Shown: one piece after another, positions 1 through 8,722 of the stretch
Numbering within the stretch: the first letter of the stretch is position 1
Layout: each line of letters begins with the position of its first letter
IMG/VR virus record: IMGVR_UViG_3300042901_002340
Length of the DNA: 54,850 bases
Source of the DNA: a virus
Lineage: Duplodnaviria > Heunggongvirae > Uroviricota > Caudoviricetes
Direction: 5' to 3' (one strand)
Position numbers and translations under genes: made by a program
Notes under the pieces: generated by a model
Seen by the model: the letters and a program-made list of their open reading frames with translations, nothing else
Database searches by the model: none
Told to the model about the DNA's origin: nothing

Positions 1-35
1 TGCTTTTCTGTTGTTTATGTTGACTTTATTTACCA

Positions 36-287
36 TTATTCCTCTTCTATCCATGCAGCAGCAGTACGGGTACCGATTTCCACACAAGTTAAACCAAGAT
101 CAGTTTGTACATAGCAATTTGGATGCTCTGCAACAAGCTCCTCAAATTTCTTATCAGAAACACAAAGAACCACTATGGTGGAATCAACCGGTGTGATCCC
201 AAGATTCTTAACAGCATGTGCAACCTGGGATGCCACTTTGCCCTCTGGCATCTTCAAATTTCTTTTATAAATCGCTTTTATTCTCAT
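36..287 (-). CDS. pth2: Peptidyl-tRNA hydrolase, PTH2 family (compact)
   Basis: KMPEGKVASQVAHA and DLGLT motifs match the PTH2 GKxAAQxxHA and DxGxT signatures. Confidence 0.8.
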   Translation of the reverse strand: MRIKAIYKRNLKMPEGKVASQVAHAVKNLGITPVDSTIVVLCVSDKKFEELVAEHPNCYVQTDLGLTCVEIGTRTAAAWIEEE

Positions 288-501
288 TTTTTATTGTTTC
301 AAATTTAACTTCCTTCAGCGTTACTAGATCGTGGAAATTGCTTTCCAGTATTGATGCAAATATGCAAGATACCATATTGGTGCTATACCAATTTGCCGGT
401 GCTAGATCCTTCAAATTGTGACTAATTTCCGGATTCTCCGCAATACTATTTAGGTATTGCTGGTAGTATCTGTCAAGCTTTTTCTCGTCTATTCTTATCA
501 T
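265..501 (-). CDS. Hypothetical protein
   Basis: 78 aa ORF coupled to both neighbours in a minus-strand run. Confidence 0.6.
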   Translation of the reverse strand: MIRIDEKKLDRYYQQYLNSIAENPEISHNLKDLAPANWYSTNMVSCIFASILESNFHDLVTLKEVKFETIKNENKSDL

Positions 502-698
502 TACCCAACCTTTATAAGTTCACTTGCTCTCTGGAAACATCTTCCCTCCGACCATCTCACATCAACTTTAGTTTCATCGAGTTCAAATGGTGGCTCTACA
601 ACTTCACCCACACCCTCTCCTGCTCCCCAAGAATCAAAATCACTACCAATCCACGTGGCTGGATTTTTTATTACCTTGTCTCCAACTTTTAGATTCAC
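501..698 (-). CDS. Hypothetical protein (small, beta-rich)
   Basis: 65 aa ORF; start overlaps upstream stop (ATGA). Confidence 0.65.
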   Translation of the reverse strand: MNLKVGDKVIKNPATWIGSDFDSWGAGEGVGEVVEPPFELDETKVDVRWSEGRCFQRASELIKVG

Positions 699-1495
699 GA
701 TCTCAATTGTTCCATTAGTTCATCTCTCTCCTTGATGTAGTCTCTCGTATCAAACTCCTCGTCCGGGATCAATTTAAAATCCTCCCAGATGTAATTAGCA
801 CAACCAAAATCTTCGATCCTCTGATTCACCTTCAATTGCAAAGCGAAATGTAGAATTCTAAGTGCGTGGAAAATCCCTTTCTTAGCACGGTCCCTGAATC
901 CATCCTTTGCCTGCATATCAGCAGTGTGCCATGATGCAGAAACCTTAGATATGATCTTTTTGACCATCACCTTATTGTCCCACTTCTGAACCTTGAATGG
1001 CCATGTGCTCATAAGAACATCGTCGGGATGTAGGGATAAACATTCTAGCGCACTGATGTCATAGTTGTTGATAGCATCAGTAAATCCACTTCTTGAATAA
1101 AGAATCCCCTGAATGTTACGATTCTCACTGGAGATGGCGTTCTGTTTAAAAGCACCGCTCTTAAGCATAGCACCCTTGGTAACTATGATGTAATCGTGAT
1201 CTGAATTCTGATCAGCAGTTCCGTAGATTCGACTTCCGTATCTGTATATGTTAAGAACAGGTTCATCAACTTTTAGATCTTTAAGAATTTTATGAATAGC
1301 AGCTTCAGAGTAACCATTCTTGGTGTCGTCTATGTAAGCTTGTCGCTCATTGATTTCCTCCTGTGTTAACTCCTCCGGCTCTCCGTCACCCAATGAATCC
1401 AATGGACTCCATGATTCCAGCATCTTTTTGAATGCATCATCGCTTGAACTTTTACCGTATAGCCCGGCTGTTACAATTTTAATTGGTTCGCTCAT
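695..1495 (-). CDS. Pol-beta superfamily nucleotidyltransferase
   Basis: YRYGSRIYGTADQNSDHDY fits the GS...DxD NTase motif; helical C-terminal domain. Confidence 0.8.
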   Translation of the reverse strand: MSEPIKIVTAGLYGKSSSDDAFKKMLESWSPLDSLGDGEPEELTQEEINERQAYIDDTKNGYSEAAIHKILKDLKVDEPVLNIYRYGSRIYGTADQNSDHDYIIVTKGAMLKSGAFKQNAISSENRNIQGILYSRSGFTDAINNYDISALECLSLHPDDVLMSTWPFKVQKWDNKVMVKKIISKVSASWHTADMQAKDGFRDRAKKGIFHALRILHFALQLKVNQRIEDFGCANYIWEDFKLIPDEEFDTRDYIKERDELMEQLRS

Positions 1496-1713
1496 AGTAG
1501 CTTTGCTTTTTTCTCCTTGTTGATTTCAAATTCAATCTCATAAGAGTTGTCATGATTCATTGATTTTATTTTAATGAAGCTGCTTGAATCAACAGGAATT
1601 TCCTGCATGTTATAGCACCGGGTTAAAACCGATGGAGATTCTATATTTTCCATGGATGCTGCGTTATATGACATCATCCAAACACCGTCCACTAATTTAA
1701 GATTTCCCTTCAT
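1492..1713 (-). CDS. Hypothetical protein
   Basis: 73 aa ORF with 4-nt overlaps on both sides. Confidence 0.6.
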   Translation of the reverse strand: MKGNLKLVDGVWMMSYNAASMENIESPSVLTRCYNMQEIPVDSSSFIKIKSMNHDNSYEIEFEINKEKKAKLL

Positions 1714-2447
1714 TGCTCAAATGTTGGTTTTAACCAAAGACCATTTTTAAATAGTAAGTTTAGTAATTTCCCTTCCATGTGGCCGTCGCAATCTGTTATT
1801 AATCTCATTGCTCTAACAGTATCATGTTTCATCATCTTTGAGATTTCTTCTCTGATTCTTTCGCCACTAACTGTAACTTCTAATTTCTCGAGGATTGTCG
1901 GATTCTTCATAGCTTCCCAGATGTCATCGTGCATAACAAGATCCTTTGTTATGGTAAATCTAAGTGCTCTAAGTAATCGTAGGGGATCCTCGTAGAATGT
2001 TATATCCGGATGCTTAGGTGTTCTTAGTATTCCTATTCTCAGATCATCCTGTCCGCCGAATAGATCTATAACATCTCCATTCTCGTCCTCCGCCATCGCA
2101 TTGATCGTAAAATCCCTACGAATAAGATCATCAGCTAAAGTACCAAGTTTTAATACAGGTCTTCTACTATCGTCACTGTATCCCATTTCCTTCCTTGCCA
2201 TCACGAAGTCAGCAACAAGTTTCTCGTTTGGATCTCCTTTGGGAAATCTAGCACGAATGGTGTACATCTCAGGAACTCTTAGAAATATCTCAAATCCATT
2301 CTCTGTCATCCAATCATCCATTTTTTGGAATCCTTCCTCAACTGTTTGGTTTAGATCATCTAGCACGAAAGTGAAGTCTATATCCTTGGAATCAATCCCA
2401 AGGATAGCATCACGAACGCAACCACCGACGCGATATAATTTTGGCAT
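1710..2447 (-). CDS. cca: tRNA nucleotidyltransferase (class II CCA-adding/poly(A) polymerase family)
   Basis: VGGCVRD...DID, RRDFTINAMA and EDPLRLLRALRF motifs; flexible loop RKEMGYSDDSRRP present. Confidence 0.9.
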   Translation of the reverse strand: MPKLYRVGGCVRDAILGIDSKDIDFTFVLDDLNQTVEEGFQKMDDWMTENGFEIFLRVPEMYTIRARFPKGDPNEKLVADFVMARKEMGYSDDSRRPVLKLGTLADDLIRRDFTINAMAEDENGDVIDLFGGQDDLRIGILRTPKHPDITFYEDPLRLLRALRFTITKDLVMHDDIWEAMKNPTILEKLEVTVSGERIREEISKMMKHDTVRAMRLITDCDGHMEGKLLNLLFKNGLWLKPTFEQ

Positions 2448-2450
2448 AAT

Positions 2451-2804
2451 TTAAAGTATTTTAGTTCCAATAGCAAAGTAGTCTAATCCTACTTGCATTT
2501 GACCTTCAAGACCAGTACCGACTACAACCATAGCCTCACTGGTAATACCCATCATTTTTGAGGGTTTAAGGTTTACAATGAATGGCATCGTCAATGCTAA
2601 CAAATCATCAGGTTCTACCTTATTCCCGATGTTAGTTACAACAGTTTTTTCATCCTCCTCGTCAGCTCCAAAGATAACTGTCAGCTTCAAAAGCTTATCA
2701 CTTTTTGGTACACGCTCAGCGGTCACGATTTGACCTATACGTATGTCCAATTTATTTTCTATTTCTAAGAATTCTGAGAATTCAATTTGTCCTTTAGTTT
2801 TCAA
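2451..2804 (-). CDS. tRNA-binding OB-fold protein (Trbp111/CsaA/MetRS C-terminal-like)
   Basis: LDIRIGQIVTAERVPKSDKLLKL...VNLKPSKMMGITSEAM; track start is the TTG at 2804. Confidence 0.85.
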   Translation of the reverse strand: MKTKGQIEFSEFLEIENKLDIRIGQIVTAERVPKSDKLLKLTVIFGADEEDEKTVVTNIGNKVEPDDLLALTMPFIVNLKPSKMMGITSEAMVVVGTGLEGQMQVGLDYFAIGTKIL

Positions 2805-2823
2805 TTTTTATATTTTTAGTTTA

Positions 2824-3042
2824 TTATTCCCAAACAAAGTTTCCTGGTGGTTGTACCGTCCTCCACCCATTGTTTGGATCGTCAGGTACGATGTCGCCTC
2901 TGGAAACTGATTCGTTGAATGTTAATAAATCAGGATCCCCGCAGTCGCATCTCTTTGTGTGCCCGCAGTAACAAAGTTGTTCACCCTCCTCATTGGTTGA
3001 TTTTTTTCTAAGTTCCAGCCATTCTTTATATTTCTGATCCAT
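2824..3042 (-). CDS. Hypothetical protein, Cys/His-rich (possible Zn-binding)
   Basis: CYCGHTKRCDC; first gene downstream of the 3060 promoter. Confidence 0.65.
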   Translation of the reverse strand: MDQKYKEWLELRKKSTNEEGEQLCYCGHTKRCDCGDPDLLTFNESVSRGDIVPDDPNNGWRTVQPPGNFVWE

Positions 3043-3059
3043 CTTTAATTATTATATGG

Positions 3060-3090
3060 CAAATATAATAAAAATTCTCGAACAAAAAAA
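3060..3090 (-). promoter_or_regulatory. Bacteroidota-type promoter (TAnnTTTG) with conserved CG element
   Basis: + strand caaatata 3060-3067, 11-nt spacer, cg 3079-3080, then an A-tract. Confidence 0.75.
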
Positions 3091-3121
3091 AATAACCTTA
3101 ATGAAAATTAAGGTTATTTTT
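3083..3121 (-). terminator. Intrinsic terminator
   Basis: aataaccttaat-gaaa-attaaggttatt perfect 12-bp stem flanked by A and T runs. Confidence 0.8.
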
Positions 3122-3140
3122 AAATATCATCATATAGATG

Positions 3141-3527
3141 CTACATTATCATATTTTTGAATTTGATCATGTTTCTATTTATTGGTTCATTCATATCAAA
3201 TATTATTCTTGATACTCCCCCACCACCTTCAAATCTCCAGGTTACCTCCTTCACACCAAAAAGACCTGAAAGTATTTTTGCTATATCGTCTATGTAATAG
3301 CTTATCCTATTTGGAACCGCTCCATCAAATGTTTTTGGCCAGCATTCCACAATAAACTCGGTGTCGGAAAGAGGTTCAGCCACAATATCAGCTTCCATTT
3401 GCCTATCATCAAAGGCCTTATCAAAGTCACCTCTAAATTTTTTATTCTCTAGGTAATTCCTTAGTAGGTCAAGATTCTCCTCGGATTCATCGTCCCACTC
3501 CTCATAAATTTTTACATTTTTCATCAT
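3141..3527 (-). CDS. Hypothetical protein with capsid-targeting-like N-terminus
   Basis: Starts MMKNVKIYEEW. Confidence 0.7.
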   Translation of the reverse strand: MMKNVKIYEEWDDESEENLDLLRNYLENKKFRGDFDKAFDDRQMEADIVAEPLSDTEFIVECWPKTFDGAVPNRISYYIDDIAKILSGLFGVKEVTWRFEGGGGVSRIIFDMNEPINRNMIKFKNMIM

Positions 3528-4360
3528 ATCATTTTCATTGCATTAACTATTTTCAAGGATTTTAATAATTTTGATAGATTTTTGGTGGCCTTGAATTCCT
3601 TCCCTCCTAATGTTGCAAACCATATATCCTTGGCCTCATCAGGTAGGGAATTTATTTGATCTTCCAGTGAAGGATCATCATCGATGGCTCTACCTAGCAT
3701 TGCTGCAATCGTGTTGGCATCAAATTTATAATTATTCTCAATCGCGTCCAAATCTCCCTTACTTAGATCATCAAGCATATTTTGGTAAGTCTCATTAACC
3801 TGCTCTTTCATGATGATATTAAGTTTTGGTATTTTTCTTATGTCAGCATTAAAGATGTAATGGGAATCCCTGAAATCGTCCATTATAAAATTTATGGATT
3901 CCTCAAATATTTTTCTTACCTCACTTTTAGCGTTGGTATTGAATCTAACTTCAAGTTCCATATCTCTGTTGTCCTTAAAAGTTCTCACAACATCAGAATC
4001 CCTTCCATAATTCTTTAATTTGGTGTCGTCAATCAATGTGATATAGAGTCTATCCGAAACGACATCAGGAGCTATATGACAGTGTGCATACTTTTCCAAT
4101 TCCTTTACCTTGTTTATAAATGTACGTGGAAGATTGAAACTCATTTTTAATCCATTGACGTAACCATGAACCTTGAATCCTCTCAATATATTTATGGTGT
4201 ATCTGCTCCCATGGAATTGTAAAGTTTTTGCCCTGTGTTCCTCCCACTTTTTTATAAGTGGTATTTCGTACAGATCCTTAGCAACCTCATCGGCCTGACT
4301 CAGCGAGATTGACTCATTTATGTCCCAATCTTTAAATTTTCTAGTTGGCATTTTCGACAC
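3524..4360 (-). CDS. Hypothetical protein with capsid-targeting-like N-terminus
   Basis: 278 aa; starts MSKMPTRKFKDWDINES. Confidence 0.75.
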   Translation of the reverse strand: MSKMPTRKFKDWDINESISLSQADEVAKDLYEIPLIKKWEEHRAKTLQFHGSRYTINILRGFKVHGYVNGLKMSFNLPRTFINKVKELEKYAHCHIAPDVVSDRLYITLIDDTKLKNYGRDSDVVRTFKDNRDMELEVRFNTNAKSEVRKIFEESINFIMDDFRDSHYIFNADIRKIPKLNIIMKEQVNETYQNMLDDLSKGDLDAIENNYKFDANTIAAMLGRAIDDDPSLEDQINSLPDEAKDIWFATLGGKEFKATKNLSKLLKSLKIVNAMKMI

Positions 4361-4751
4361 TCGTTTTTTTCTTTCTAATAGGCTTTGGTTTCTTTACCTT
4401 AACCTCAACCTCAATGTTTGCTTGTTCCTCATTTAGCGGCTTTAATTTGTGATATAGTGCAGATATTTCATCAAATGTTAGATTGCTCTTTTTACCGTTT
4501 ATATCAACAGTACACGAAACCACATTGCCCTCTATATACCCCTTCGATGAATTCACTCTATCAAAGCTTCTTGAAAAAACTCCCTCCTCGTCAAATTCTT
4601 TCCCCGTATAGTAGCATGTTTTATATGTTAATAGCTTTCTAACTGTCTCTAAACTTAAATCAAAATCTAGCTTTCTATCTGCAGCACTTTGATGTATTTT
4701 TATCATCTTTCTTGCGACCTCCAGGTCGCTAACTTCTTGTTTCTTATTCAT
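4341..4751 (-). CDS. HNH-like (beta-beta-alpha-Me) protein
   Basis: CYYTG...SFDRVNSSKGYIEGNVVSCTVDINGKK resembles the phage HNH DR...GY...NVV...N..K pattern. Confidence 0.6.
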   Translation of the reverse strand: MNKKQEVSDLEVARKMIKIHQSAADRKLDFDLSLETVRKLLTYKTCYYTGKEFDEEGVFSRSFDRVNSSKGYIEGNVVSCTVDINGKKSNLTFDEISALYHKLKPLNEEQANIEVEVKVKKPKPIRKKKTSVENAN

Positions 4752-4757
4752 TTATTC

Positions 4758-5480
4758 CTATTTTCTTCTGATGTATTTAACATCCTCCGGATCAGCCTCT
4801 CCATCCGGTATATTTACTGTTGCTGTATACCCAAAAGAATCTGAAGCTGAATCACATACGGCGCTACATTCGTTATCTTCATCATAGTCATACACGATTG
4901 AAAAATTCCCATCAATCACTTCCGTTTTATTCCAGAAAACCAGTTTGAAACTTTCATATTCACGAAGACTTGTCCAATAAATGGAATTCATTTTTTTATC
5001 GTCAAATCTATGGATGGATAAACAGATTGGCCACCAATTTGGATCATCTATTGGTGAGAAATAAAAACAGATGTATTTACCATTTCTACATTTTATCCAT
5101 AAAGCTCTTCCCAACTCTCCCCCACTATTTGTAGACCTTGACATATTAATTCTGGTTACAAGATCAGCTACTCTTTTTGCCTCTCCGTTTAAAATTGGTG
5201 AATACATTTTGAAATTATACCCTTTCTTTGCAAAAAATTCCTGTAGTCCTCCGAATGTTTCATCGGATGTTTTATCACCAAATTGTTTTAGGTTTATAGC
5301 ATAGGTTGATTCATAATCAACCTCCTCTCTCGATTTGACGTGGTGTGCGTAGGTGTTATAGCCTGTGGTTTTAAGCAAATCTGGATTTAGCGAAAGGAAA
5401 TACTCATCTGCATCGGAATAAACTTCCTCCTCTGTTGGATTCTCCTTGTCATAATTTTCAAATAGTCTGATATATTTCAT
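4758..5480 (-). CDS. Hypothetical protein with capsid-targeting-like N-terminus
   Basis: 240 aa; starts MKYIRLFENY. Confidence 0.75.
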   Translation of the reverse strand: MKYIRLFENYDKENPTEEEVYSDADEYFLSLNPDLLKTTGYNTYAHHVKSREEVDYESTYAINLKQFGDKTSDETFGGLQEFFAKKGYNFKMYSPILNGEAKRVADLVTRINMSRSTNSGGELGRALWIKCRNGKYICFYFSPIDDPNWWPICLSIHRFDDKKMNSIYWTSLREYESFKLVFWNKTEVIDGNFSIVYDYDEDNECSAVCDSASDSFGYTATVNIPDGEADPEDVKYIRRK

Positions 5481-5499
5481 TTTAAGTAATACTTTACAC

Positions 5500-5507
5500 T
5501 ATATATT
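5500..5507 (-). promoter_or_regulatory. Candidate late promoter (AATATATA variant of GATATATA)
   Basis: tatatatt on + strand, 20 nt upstream of the 5480 start and just past a terminator. Confidence 0.5.
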
Positions 5508-5512
5508 CAAAC

Positions 5513-5543
5513 AAAAAAAAGGACCAGCGCACTGGTCCTTTTT
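5513..5543. terminator. Intrinsic terminator (potentially bidirectional)
   Basis: A8-ggaccag-cgca-ctggtcc-T5. Confidence 0.85.
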
Positions 5544-5561
5544 GTCAGCAATATTTTTTTA

Positions 5562-6091
5562 TTAGAATCTGTAATTCACACCAAAATTGGGTGTTGTGAA
5601 TGGATTTTTAACCCCGTCAAATCCAACTGTAGTTGTGCTGTCTCCGTCCTTAACAGACTTATATGAAGCTAAATCAGCTACAGATAAAGTTAAAGATAAG
5701 TTTTTAGTAACAAAATAGTTAGCACCTAAACCTAAATTAGCACTTAATGTTTTAGTATCACCTGCTTTATCGCTATTCACACCTAATTGCGAATGCACGT
5801 TAAAATGCTCACCAATTCTTAAAAAGTAGCATCTAGCAAATACACCAAAACCAAAAGCATCAGTGGTGGTTACACCTGCAGTTTTTGTGTTTTCTGTGTT
5901 AACAGAAAGTCCAACAGCAATTTTGTTTGTCACGAAGTGACCAACACTTGGATTGAAGTTGAAAGTTTTTGTATCGTCTGAAGATACGAATTTAACGGTG
6001 CCCTCTACAAAGGTGTCACCTTTAGAAAATGTTTGAGCAAAGCTCGTTTGCATTGCGATTAAAGCAATTGCGATAAATAAAATTTTTTCAT
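5562..6091 (-). CDS. Outer-membrane beta-barrel protein (Bacteroidota porin/OmpA-membrane-domain-like); signal-peptide ATG is one base out of frame as sequenced
   Basis: Amphipathic beta-strands and C-terminal GVNYRF. In-frame ILFIAIALIAMQTSFAQ signal lies upstream of track start 6053. ATG at 6091 is followed by A6, where A7 would give MKKILF. Confidence 0.75.
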
Positions 6092-6167
6092 TTTTTCAAA
6101 TTTTGATTTTCCTACTCTATTGACGGTTTTCGGATTTCCCCGTATTCTATATTATACAATGTATCGA

Positions 6168-6371
6168 TTAAAAAGTTTCGGTTCTCTCCTTAAATCTAAT
6201 TGTTTTCCAATCTATATCCTTAACCATAAGGAGAATAGCTTCCAATTCAGCAACTCTTTTCTCCAAATCATCCACGGTTTTTATAGTATCATTTACCGTT
6301 GATCCAACATAGTCGCCATGTTGTTTTAATGCAGCCATTTCTCCTAATATTTTTTTTTGATCAATATCCAT
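6168..6371 (-). CDS. Hypothetical coiled-coil protein
   Basis: 67 aa ORF in minus-strand run. Confidence 0.6.
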   Translation of the reverse strand: MDIDQKKILGEMAALKQHGDYVGSTVNDTIKTVDDLEKRVAELEAILLMVKDIDWKTIRFKERTETF

Positions 6372-6757
6372 AAAAAATCATTCTCGTCAAATATAATTCT
6401 ATCCCTTCCTGGACTATGCGATATCACATTTTCAACTATTGGCGGTCCTTGTATCATTCTCCTTTCCCATCCATAGGTCATTTCTATTGGATTCGAGTGG
6501 TAGATTGTTTCAACTTCAATGATATCGTCACTTATTCGATGATCTGAGCATCTCATAACTATCTTCCCGCTAATCGGAACGTAGGAATTTGAATAGCCAT
6601 ATTCGAAATTATCATTACCTCTAAATCTTATCTGCGAGATCTCAGTCCTTTGGCATTTTTCACAATGCTCACATGAAAAAACAGCCTTTCTCCCGTCCAA
6701 TATCATCAGACGTATATCATCTCTTTCCCTATGTGGTGAAACCGGTGTGATGTACAT
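6344..6757 (-). CDS. Hypothetical protein with CxxC motifs
   Basis: SCEHCEKC; start coupled to the ligase stop. Confidence 0.65.
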   Translation of the reverse strand: MYITPVSPHRERDDIRLMILDGRKAVFSCEHCEKCQRTEISQIRFRGNDNFEYGYSNSYVPISGKIVMRCSDHRISDDIIEVETIYHSNPIEMTYGWERRMIQGPPIVENVISHSPGRDRIIFDENDFLWILIKKKY

Positions 6758-7899
6758 TACTCCTTTTCCTTAAGTAAGAAATTGTTAGATATAACCTTGA
6801 AGCTTGTCGCCATATCATGGCTTCTAATAACATAACCCTCCCTCTCAGCCGCTACATTAAGTACAGATTTACCCTCAGCAAACTTTAGAAGCTCGTCTAT
6901 TGTTTCTGGCAAGGTGAAATCCTCGTCAATAATAGGCACAGTTTCCAAACCAAGAACCTTAACAGTCAACTTGAATTTTTCTAGAGGTAAATATTCCTGT
7001 GTGTCAATATCAAAGGCATTATAAACTCTAAGAGTTTGTCCCTTGATCTTGTAAGGGTTACCCTGAATACCCTCCCCGATGATTTCCCCTTGGATTGCAA
7101 GATTCCCGCTCATATCCAGCATATTCACCTCGATACCGAGTTCTCTTGCAACCTTCCAGAAGGTATTTTCTTTCTTTGGTCTTTCCACGCCATCATCACA
7201 CATAACCACGCCTTCAACGAATGGTTCAGGACGACAAAGATCGAGATTTCTAGAACAAACACCAAACTCACCATCATGAACATAGAAGGTTGAGGATGAA
7301 CCGTCTAGCTTCTCCGTCATGTAGTATTTTTGAGTCTTCATCTTGTCGTAATTCTTTGCAAGATTTTGAATCCTCTCCTCGTCGGTTTTAGGGATAAAAC
7401 TTGGAAAGTTTCCTTTTGCAACGCCAGCCAATTCAGCAGGCATAGGTGGATCCCACTTAATGATTCCAAGAATATTAGTAACATCTATGCCCTCTTCTAT
7501 CATAAGAGCCCAATCATAGGGTCCTAATTGGTAGACCGGTCCATCAGGGGTTTGTAGGTATCCCAACTTTTCATCCTCTTCCTCGCCTTCCAATATGGAA
7601 AGAGGTAGAATAAGACCCTGCGAAACCTGTCCTCTAAGTTTGATAGTTTTAAGTCTAAATCCCTCATTACCATCTGCCATCTTTCTGTATGAGCTCTTTC
7701 TAAGGAATTCAAATTCCTCCCTAATTGGAAGAAATGAATCCACCTCACAATAGATCACAAAGTCACCAACTTTATGGGCAACCTCCTTGGCAACCACTAC
7801 TTTCCATCCATCAACAATGGCTAATTCGATAAGATCCGCACCTTCGATTGGTTGGAGATCACTAATCTTTCTAATACTTGCAAGTTTCCTTTCGCTCAT
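6757..7899 (-). CDS. RNA ligase, DRB0094/Rnl2-like family
   Basis: RKLASIRKISDLQPIEGADLIE N-terminal OB domain; TEKLDGSS adenylation motif, QGEIIG, EGYVIR, FKVISN. Likely start MSERK at 7899. Confidence 0.9.
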   Translation of the reverse strand: MSERKLASIRKISDLQPIEGADLIELAIVDGWKVVVAKEVAHKVGDFVIYCEVDSFLPIREEFEFLRKSSYRKMADGNEGFRLKTIKLRGQVSQGLILPLSILEGEEEDEKLGYLQTPDGPVYQLGPYDWALMIEEGIDVTNILGIIKWDPPMPAELAGVAKGNFPSFIPKTDEERIQNLAKNYDKMKTQKYYMTEKLDGSSSTFYVHDGEFGVCSRNLDLCRPEPFVEGVVMCDDGVERPKKENTFWKVARELGIEVNMLDMSGNLAIQGEIIGEGIQGNPYKIKGQTLRVYNAFDIDTQEYLPLEKFKLTVKVLGLETVPIIDEDFTLPETIDELLKFAEGKSVLNVAAEREGYVIRSHDMATSFKVISNNFLLKEKE

Positions 7900-8140
7900 T
7901 TTATTTTTTTTTATTTTTATATTATAAACCAACACACCCATCAAGATTGGAATAAATCTTTCTACTACCTAATAACAATAATTGAGGATTCCCCACATAT
8001 CTCGTTCTTCGTAGATATTACCATACTCAACAAACATAACACCTCTTGATAATGTTGCAAGAAATAATGTTTTTTTATCAAAGGTTCATCTCCTGTCTTC
8101 TTACCCGTTTGTCTTTCTGTGTGTTGGTTTCTTTTTATTA

Positions 8141-8287
8141 TTATTCACCCAATACTACCCAATCCGCCATTTCAATCAAATACTGTCTACCCGTTACTAT
8201 CCACAACAACAAACAGAGTGGTGCAGTAACTGGGAGTGTCGCTATTAGCAGAATCCCAACAAAACCTCTTAACATTCTTAACCACAT
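8141..8287 (-). CDS. Small membrane protein (48 aa), below track cutoff
   Basis: MWLRMLRGFVGILLIATLPVTAPLCLLLWIVTGRQ...; starts 2 nt after the upstream stop. Confidence 0.55.
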   Translation of the reverse strand: MWLRMLRGFVGILLIATLPVTAPLCLLLWIVTGRQYLIEMADWVVLGE

Positions 8288-8288
8288 A

Positions 8289-8438
8289 TCATTTTTTGGT
8301 TTTATAGATTTCTAATTTTTTCTCAAGTTCTTTAACTTTATCCCTCTCCTCATGAAAGGCCACGCAATACATAATAGCAGACATTGATGCAATTACAAAT
8401 AGGAATATGAATGGGTTTTTTTTCTCGTTAGCTTTCAT
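8289..8438 (-). CDS. Small membrane protein (49 aa), below track cutoff
   Basis: MKANEKKNPFIFLFVIASMSAIMYCVAFHEERDKVKELEKKLE...; one TM segment plus coiled coil. Confidence 0.6.
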   Translation of the reverse strand: MKANEKKNPFIFLFVIASMSAIMYCVAFHEERDKVKELEKKLEIYKTKK

Positions 8439-8440
8439 TC

Positions 8441-8713
8441 TTATTTCTTTAAAAATTCTGAAATCTTTTCGAATTTTGGCGCGTCATCCGGATTTAAAAT
8501 CATCTCCTCAAATGCTCCGTATCGACACTGTCTACCAAAGATGTAATTTATGGCGTATCTAACTCTCTTCCAAAATGGTTTTTTAGACAAGTGGATATGA
8601 ATATAAACCGTTGGGTAAACCCTATCATCCATCTTGTCTTCAGCATAGAAAACCATCATCATGTGTTCTGTGCTGTTACAGTCACAAATTAATAGGTCCT
8701 TGTCTTCTGTCAT
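8441..8713 (-). CDS. Hypothetical phage protein
   Basis: 90 aa; LICDCNSTEH. Confidence 0.7.
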   Translation of the reverse strand: MTEDKDLLICDCNSTEHMMMVFYAEDKMDDRVYPTVYIHIHLSKKPFWKRVRYAINYIFGRQCRYGAFEEMILNPDDAPKFEKISEFLKK

Positions 8714-8722
8714 GGTATAAAT

